DNA of 37,564 bases from positions 1 through 37,564 of the forward strand of contig JAFZMY010000106.1 of NCBI GenBank assembly GCA_017553165.1. Reading direction: 5' to 3'. The DNA comes from Neisseriaceae bacterium (GTDB lineage: Bacteria > Pseudomonadota > Gammaproteobacteria > Burkholderiales > Neisseriaceae). The position numbers were made by a program, and so were the translations under genes. Below are positions 1-4,609 of the stretch, piece by piece. The notes beneath the pieces are model-generated. The model saw only the letters and a list, made by a program, of their open reading frames with translations. It searched no databases and was not told the origin of the DNA. Positions within the stretch are counted from its first letter, which is position 1, and the number at the start of each line of letters is the position of its first letter.

Positions 1-57
1 ACCTGCTGATGATATAGCAATTGCTACTATCATAGCTATAATTTTTTGTGCTTTCAT
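1..57 (-). CDS. N-terminal fragment (leaves the window) of a second copy of the secreted toxin-like protein
   Basis: The reverse complement of 1-57 reads MKAQKIIAMIVAIAISSAG. That is 18/19 aa and 53/57 nt identical to the start of the 824..1633 gene (1577-1633). An AGGAAG Shine-Dalgarno (reverse complement of 68-73) lies 10 nt upstream of the ATG at 57-55. The ORF is open to the window edge, so it is absent from the ORF track. Confidence 0.6.
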   Translation of the reverse strand, partial: MKAQKIIAMIVAIAISSAG

Positions 58-96
58 TATTTTAAAACTTCCTATACTTTTACACTGCCGGAAAGC

Positions 97-759
97 TTAA
101 ATATCTTCCCACTTAATCCAATAATCTATCATTTCCGGCAGACGGTTATTACTGCATATGGCTTTAAAATCTTTATCATCAGCTTCAATAGTTAACCAAT
201 CATTTTGCGTTTCATCACCAATGGAAATATTTAGTTCTGATTTATCATATTCTCCATCGATAAGTAATTCCCAAGCACAATTATCAATTGTTTTTAATGT
301 CATTCCTGTTCCATGATTATCCCAAGCTAAATCGATAGCCCACAATTCACCACGATATTCTAATGATTGAATGGCAAATTTAATAAAAAACCATTTTTGT
401 AGAAAATGTAAAAAACCATCTCTAAAATTTAATGGTATTTCTTCAAAATCTAACCATTTTACAAAATGATAAATTAAATCTGGAAAATTAATACGACCAG
501 AGTAAGCTTCAAATGAATTTTCATTTGCATTAATAACTATCCAATTATCATTATTTACCAATGGATTAAGTTCATCAACTATTCTTAATGGAGTACCTTC
601 ATCAATATAATCAAATTGAAATATCTGTTTATTTTTTTCTCCATTGACTTCTAATTTCCAACCTGGATTATCAACATTATCTAATGTGAAACTGCATTCA
701 CTATTATCTTTATACCATTTTTGTAATAAATTAATAAAATACATATTATATCCATACAA
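97..759 (-). CDS. two-domain Imm53-like immunity protein, candidate cognate of the 269-aa toxin-like protein
   Basis: Intact 220-aa ORF lying directly downstream (minus strand) of the toxin-like gene. It has an internal duplication. Repeat 1 is LLQKWY...LDNVDNPGWKLEVNGEKNK...NDNWIVINA...FPDLIYHFVKW. Repeat 2 is FLQKWF...CAWELLIDGE...NDWLTIEA...CSNNRLPEMIDYWIKW. The W..W/DNPGW/DW.I/..W pattern matches what I recall of the Imm53 family. There is no signal peptide. The first codon at 759 is TTG, and the ATG at 744 is an alternative start. Confidence 0.55.
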   Translation of the reverse strand: MYGYNMYFINLLQKWYKDNSECSFTLDNVDNPGWKLEVNGEKNKQIFQFDYIDEGTPLRIVDELNPLVNNDNWIVINANENSFEAYSGRINFPDLIYHFVKWLDFEEIPLNFRDGFLHFLQKWFFIKFAIQSLEYRGELWAIDLAWDNHGTGMTLKTIDNCAWELLIDGEYDKSELNISIGDETQNDWLTIEADDKDFKAICSNNRLPEMIDYWIKWEDI

Positions 760-791
760 TAATATTCATTGAATTATATTGATATTATCTT

Positions 792-821
792 AAAAACAAA
801 GGGATTTACCCCTTTGTTTTT
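792..821. terminator. strong bidirectional-looking hairpin between the toxin-like gene and its immunity gene
   Basis: AAAAACAAAGGG (792-803) pairs with CCCTTTGTTTTT (810-821), giving a 12-bp stem and a 6-nt loop. A/T runs flank it on both sides. It starts 3 nt after the TAG stop of the 269-aa gene (824-826). Confidence 0.6.
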
Positions 822-823
822 AA

Positions 824-1633
824 CTATTTTCCCCTTTTTCTAATACCTTGTGCTGATTGAAGTTGTTGCTTTAATAATCTATCTGCTATACGAATATCTT
901 GATTTGTTGCAGCCTTGATTTCGCCATTGTTATTTAAAAATACTTTACCATCTTGTGGACGAATATTTCTTGTAAGCCATTGAGAATGTGGCGTTTCTAT
1001 TTGTGTATTTGTTTTTTTGTTTGTTGTATGTGCTCGACCACGTAAGTCTATACGACCACTTCTTTCTGCAGTATTAAATCTAACCGAATTGGTGTTGTAT
1101 TTTTTCGCAACATCTTCTGCCATTTGTTTTGTAGTTTTAGGAGCGTAATTTGTTGTAGTATTTGCAATCTTTTTGGTGTTATTTACAGTATTTACCGCAT
1201 TCGTAGTCTTTTTAGTGTTACTCACCGCTTTGGTAACTTTTGCAACGGCTTCCACCTTTTTCACTGTACCAATAGCAGAACCACCTGGAATTGCAGAAGT
1301 AGCACCTTCAATAGCACCTGCTTTTGCGACTTCCTTAACGCTTGCAGGTTCTCCGGTTTTAGCATAGCTTTCGCCATGTTTCATCCACATTCCAAAGGCA
1401 ATTGCACCCAATCCAATGGCAACAAGCGGTAAAAACTCGCCCTCTGTTTCCTGCATTTCTTGCTTGGACAGTTCCACCGCTTGTATTTTGTGGTTATTGT
1501 CTACATCAAATACTTTGCTGTTAAAGGCTTTTTTTGCCTGTACTGCATTGGGACGAGTTGTTACTTCTTTGGCAAAACCTGCTGATGATATAGCAATTGC
1601 AACTATTGTTGCTATAATTTTTTGTGCTTTCAT
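824..1633 (-). CDS. secreted or membrane-anchored polymorphic-toxin-like protein with a basic C-terminal domain of unknown fold
   Basis: Intact 269-aa ORF with a GAGGA RBS. It has a Sec-type signal peptide (MKAQKIIATIVAIAISSAGFA/KE) and a Gly/Ala-rich hydrophobic segment (LPLVAIGLGAIAFGMWM, then GAIEGATSAIPGGSAIG). A Lys/Thr/Asn/Ala low-complexity linker follows. The last ~95 aa form a basic domain (NSVRFNTAERSGRIDLRGRAHTTNKKTNTQIETPHSQW...). The N-terminus is duplicated at 1-57, and an immunity-type gene lies immediately downstream. That it is coding is near certain; the toxin function is inferred. Confidence 0.5.
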   Translation of the reverse strand: MKAQKIIATIVAIAISSAGFAKEVTTRPNAVQAKKAFNSKVFDVDNNHKIQAVELSKQEMQETEGEFLPLVAIGLGAIAFGMWMKHGESYAKTGEPASVKEVAKAGAIEGATSAIPGGSAIGTVKKVEAVAKVTKAVSNTKKTTNAVNTVNNTKKIANTTTNYAPKTTKQMAEDVAKKYNTNSVRFNTAERSGRIDLRGRAHTTNKKTNTQIETPHSQWLTRNIRPQDGKVFLNNNGEIKAATNQDIRIADRLLKQQLQSAQGIRKRGK

Positions 1634-1796
1634 TAAAAAATCCTCATTATTTATTTAATATACAATAAGTTACTTTGATTTCACTCAACGTAACTTGCGA
1701 TGTGTGTGATGCATCACGTGGCTAAATTTACAAGCAAAATATTTGTCAAAGCAAGGAGTACTTTTAAAAATTTTATTGCTTAAAAAGTAATCAAGC

Positions 1797-1812
1797 AAAA
1801 AAAAAAAAAAAA
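1797..1812. repeat. A16 homopolymer (T16 on the coding strand of the flanking genes)
   Basis: Counted directly: a at 1797-1800, 1801-1810 and 1811-1812, followed by CAAAACAA. It lies 12 nt after the stop of the 131-aa ORF and 164-179 nt upstream of the toxin-like gene's ATG. Confidence 0.95.
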
Positions 1813-1824
1813 CAAAACAATATG

Positions 1825-2220
1825 TTACAAATTCGCCAAGTGTTGTATTTTGACAACATGCGAAGTGGCTTGTGTTAGATAGTAAATATACTCACTATTC
1901 CATAAATAAGATAAATTAGCATAAATATCGGTTTTACCAGTTAAACCATAACGCAATCCCACATTACCCAATAGCATATCATTATTGCTATTAGTTTGTG
2001 AAAAAACTGTTGGTATTGCCACCAATGAATGATTAGTAGTTTCAATATAAACAGGTTGCGAAACAGAATTATTTTGTTGCTCACTATTAGCATAAGTTAG
2101 ATTAGCTTCTAATTTAAATTTACCCTTATCGGTATAAAGTTCTTCTAAACTTAAAGGCAAATCTGCCCATAAATTAGTAGAACACAAAAATGCAAAAACA
2201 AATAAAAAACGTTTATTCAT
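1825..2220 (-). CDS. signal-peptide protein resembling the N-terminal part of an outer-membrane beta-barrel, probably a truncated remnant
   Basis: 131-aa ORF with a signal peptide (MNKRFLFVFAFLCSTNLWA/D). It shows alternating beta-strand-like segments (KFKLEANLTYANSE, LLGNVGLRYGL, TDIYANLSYLW). This pattern is typical of small OM barrels or MetA-pathway-type transporters, which are usually about twice this length. There is no C-terminal aromatic residue. All frames downstream are closed. AAGGAA RBS. Confidence 0.4.
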   Translation of the reverse strand: MNKRFLFVFAFLCSTNLWADLPLSLEELYTDKGKFKLEANLTYANSEQQNNSVSQPVYIETTNHSLVAIPTVFSQTNSNNDMLLGNVGLRYGLTGKTDIYANLSYLWNSEYIYYLTQATSHVVKIQHLANL

Positions 2221-2242
2221 ATATTTTCCTTATAAATTTTCA

Positions 2243-2857
2243 TTAAATACTTACCCAATGTATAGCATAATCAAATGCTTTAATTAATCTATTATTACTA
2301 CACGTACATTCAAATACTTGATGATTAAATTCTTGAATATTTGAATTAATAAAAATCCAATCATCATCAGAATTTTTAATTTTTATATCAATAATATCTT
2401 TATTTTTTTCACCATTAATACGTATTTTCCAAGCAAAAGAATCTAAACTATCAACATGAAAACCATAACAATGTTCCCAATCTCCATTACATTTTGAATT
2501 ATACCATTTTTGCATAGAAGTTAACAAATCAATATTATCTATGCAATAAGTATTATAATCAGTAATCCATTGAATAAAATAATTAAATAACTCTGGAAAT
2601 CTATTATTACTGCAATAACCATTAAATTCATTTGATGTGGCTTTAATTGAAATCCAATCATTATCATCTTCTGGATTATCAAAAAATATTTTTATATCTT
2701 TTTTATTAATTTCACCATTTACTTCTATAAACCAACCAGGATTATCTAAATTACCTAAATGAAAATTTAAATTTTGTTTAATATTTTTATTGTATTTAGA
2801 ATTACACCAATCTTGTAAAAATTTAACAGTATTGTTTTTCATATTTTTATAATCCAA
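2243..2857 (-). CDS. two-domain Imm53-like immunity protein with no adjacent toxin gene (orphan)
   Basis: 204-aa ORF with two repeats. Repeat 1 is FLQDWCN...LGNLDNPGWFIEVNGEINK...DNDWISIKA...CSNNRFPELFNYFIQW. Repeat 2 is MQKWYNSKCNGDWEHCYGFHVDSLDSFAWKIRINGEKNK...DDWIFINS...CSNNRLIKAFDYAIHW. The WY..CNGDWEH..G and LDNPGW motifs are the Imm53 signature as I remember it. It is roughly 30% identical to the 220-aa paralogue. TTG start. Confidence 0.6.
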   Translation of the reverse strand: MDYKNMKNNTVKFLQDWCNSKYNKNIKQNLNFHLGNLDNPGWFIEVNGEINKKDIKIFFDNPEDDNDWISIKATSNEFNGYCSNNRFPELFNYFIQWITDYNTYCIDNIDLLTSMQKWYNSKCNGDWEHCYGFHVDSLDSFAWKIRINGEKNKDIIDIKIKNSDDDWIFINSNIQEFNHQVFECTCSNNRLIKAFDYAIHWVSI

Positions 2858-2904
2858 TATTACTTTTAATCAACAAGGTGAATATTATTTCACCTTTTGT
2901 TTGT

Positions 2905-2933
2905 ACTATATATTTAACATAAGAAAAATTCAA
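2905..2933 (-). promoter_or_regulatory. possible sigma70 promoter for the 204-aa / 131-aa gene pair
   Basis: The minus strand reads TTGAAT (reverse complement of 2928-2933), a 17-nt spacer, then TATAGT (reverse complement of 2905-2910). An 8-bp hairpin (2875-2882 / 2889-2896) sits in the predicted leader. Confidence 0.3.
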
Positions 2934-3028
2934 TTTTTGTTCCGAGATACTCCCATTCCTCTTTTGATAATACCTTGTGGAAACCCCTGCAAAACCCCAA
3001 ATTTTTTAGCAAAAATGTGTTAAAAAAA

Positions 3029-3047
3029 TTTTCAGGCAGCCTGAAAA
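3029..3047. other. subterminal hairpin inside the IS whose two strands read as DUS 12-mers of other Neisseriaceae dialects
   Basis: TTTTCAGG-CAG-CCTGAAAA forms an 8-bp stem. The plus strand contains AGGCAGCCTGAA (3034-3045), and the minus strand of 3031-3042 reads AGGCTGCCTGAA. A related hairpin, TCAGGC-TTTTT-GCCTGA, lies at 3128-3144 just after the transposase stop. Confidence 0.4.
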
Positions 3048-3146
3048 TGAGAATTTTCTCAATTTCATCGAAAAATGGGCAAAAAACAGCGAAAAACAGT
3101 CATTTTTACCCCCAAATCCGCTTATTTTCAGGCTTTTTGCCTGATT

Positions 3147-4163
3147 TTAGGCGTAGTACGGCATAAGTTGTCCTACGCAATGCAATTTATTTGCCGCTTT
3201 CAGTAGATTCGCACAGATTGCTTTTAGCAAAAACTGACCTTCGCATTTTTTCAAGCCAAAGTAACTCGACCGTTTGCCGCCGAAAATGCGGTGTATTGTG
3301 CCGAATGTGCGTTCAACCACATAGCGAGTTTGCGTTAATTTTTTGTTGCGTTGTAGTTGAGCGTCCGTCAAAGGCGTACCTTTCTTCACCTTATCCATAA
3401 TTCCATTTTTCAAACCACGATTTTTTAAGTGATTGCGGTTCTCTTCACTACAATAACCCTTATCCGCATAAACCATTGTATTTTCAGGTAAATCATCTAA
3501 CAGCGGAGCAAAATTTTTGGTATCACTCTCGTTTGCAGGTGTGCCGTAGGCTTTACCCACAAAACCCTCCTCATCAACTATATTGTGCATTTTGAAACCC
3601 AACTTCCACTTACCATATTTCTTCTGCCAGCCAGCGTCTTGGTCTTTGCACAGCGTATATTCAACGGCGTTGCCGTCTTTATCTTCTTCAATGACTTTGT
3701 TATATTTACTTGCCGCCGTTTGAATAATGGTTGCGTCAATAATCGCCGTATCTGCATTTTTGACTTTCAAGCCATATTCTTCTAATTGACGATTGATTTC
3801 ATCTAACAATTTACTCAATAAACCATTATCTATCAAAAAGTTACGAAAACGCCCCAAAGTTGTTGCATCAGGAATTTCCATATCATCAAAACCACAAAAC
3901 AGCATAAAATCATTACGAACCGCCAAAGAATATTCCAACGCTTCGTCCGATAAAGAATGTCATTGACCTAATATAACCGCTTTCAACATAGCAATCGTAT
4001 CATAAGGCGGACGACCACCTTTGTCGTAAGAAACTTGCTTAACTTCTTGAACAATCAATAAAATCTTTTTCCAGTTAATCAGTATGTTAATCTTCAACAA
4101 AGGCGATTTCTGTGCATACCGCTCCATTTTGTCCTTAACCGTCTGCATAAAAAAACTGCTCAT
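3147..4163 (-). pseudogene. IS5-family transposase interrupted by one in-frame TGA (3960-3962)
   Basis: ORFs 3960..4163 and 3147..3938 are in the same frame. The junction reads ...AVILGQ*HSLSDEALEYSLAVRNDF.... In IS5/InsH-type transposases this motif is LLQQW(F/Y)NLSD, so the TGA replaces a conserved TGG Trp. The N-terminal part has the GRPPYD motif (DUF772-like). The C-terminal part is a DDE domain (IIDAT..., YADKGY..., ERTFG). Confidence 0.75.
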
Positions 4164-4241
4164 CTTTAATCCTACCGAAATTCGTAACTTATTGAATTAT
4201 AACAAGTTTGTGATTTTGTGTCAAGCAAATTATAAATAAAA

Positions 4242-4381
4242 TCAATAGGTTAGTAAATTAAACCAAAATGGTTGATGAAAAGTGAAAAAGGGGTTTTGCA
4301 GGGGGTTCATAAAGTCAATGGGTTAGTAAATTAAACCAAAATGGTTGATGAAAAGTGAAAAGGGGGTTTTGCAGGGGGTTC
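4242..4381. repeat. tandem duplication of the IS right end (2 x 67 bp, period 73 bp)
   Basis: 4242-4308 and 4315-4381 (TCAATRGGTTAGTAAATTAAACCAAAATGGTTGATGAAAAGTGAAAARGGGGTTTTGCAGGGGGTTC) differ at only 2 positions. Confidence 0.85.
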
Positions 4382-4488
4382 TTTAACCTATCGATAATCA
4401 CCGAGTGAAATTAAAATTTGCGAAATAATATTGACACAACCACGCAGGGTCGCCACTACGGAATAAATTTCTTTTGTTTTTAAAATAA

Positions 4489-4548
4489 GTTTTGCAGGGG
4501 TTTCTCAAAATGACAAATAAAATAAAAGTAGGTTTTGCAAAGGTTTCA
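4489..4548. repeat. two further solo right-end TIR copies in the same orientation
   Basis: GTTTTGCAGGGGTTTC (4489-4504) is the perfect reverse complement of the IS left TIR at 2980-2995. TTTTGCAAAGGTTTCA (4533-4548) is identical to the right end of the MITE at 10489-10504. Confidence 0.6.
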
Positions 4549-4560
4549 ATCTACAAATAA

Positions 4561-4587
4561 AAAGCCACGTTAGCGTAACGTGGCTTT
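4561..4587 (-). terminator. rho-independent terminator of the cco operon
   Basis: AAAGCCACGTTA-GCG-TAACGTGGCTTT forms a 12-bp stem. It lies 23 nt downstream of the ccoP stop and is followed on the minus strand by TTTTATTTG. Confidence 0.75.
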
Positions 4588-4609
4588 GAGTTTGTCAATT
4601 AAACTTAAA

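Larger units (their letters stand above)
2980..4308 (-). mobile_element. IS5-family insertion sequence (~1.33 kb)
   Basis: The terminal inverted repeats are GAAACCCCTGCAAAACCCC (2980-2998) and GGGGTTTTGCAGGGGGTTC (4290-4308), matching at 18/19 positions. They enclose a DDE transposase gene. The right boundary is ambiguous because further end copies follow (4381, 4504). Confidence 0.75.

Noticed and set aside
139-146. Canonical Neisseria DUS (GCCGTCTGAA / TTCAGACGGC)
   Set aside because: Only fragments occur, namely CAGACGG at 139-145 as part of the local motif and GCCGTCTTT near 3672. No full 10-mer is present on either strand, so the canonical dialect is not the one used here.
1124-1658. 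Plus-strand ORFs 1124..1432, 1173..1367 and 1416..1658 (64-102 aa)
   Set aside because: They are antisense shadows of the 269-aa gene. Their products are low-complexity and they have no RBS. The minus-strand gene has a signal peptide, an RBS and a duplicated paralogue.
1685-1714. 9-codon upstream ORF (MHHTHRKLR) in the toxin gene leader
   Set aside because: It has no Shine-Dalgarno. Its ATG is part of the GTGATGCATCAC palindrome, which is more simply explained as an operator-like site. It is too short to evaluate.
3960-3962. TGA read as tryptophan genome-wide (genetic code 4)
   Set aside because: All housekeeping genes in the window are intact under the standard code and use TGG for Trp. 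TGA functions as a genuine stop, for example in aroK (32687-32689), the M61 peptidase (10249-10251) and the 214-aa gene (25851-25853).
4242-4548. Possible CRISPR array (also considered for 37331-37564)
   Set aside because: The repeats at 4242-4548 are IS terminal sequences at irregular spacing. The 15-bp units at 37331-37564 are directly abutting with no spacers and are in frame with a CDS. There are no cas genes.
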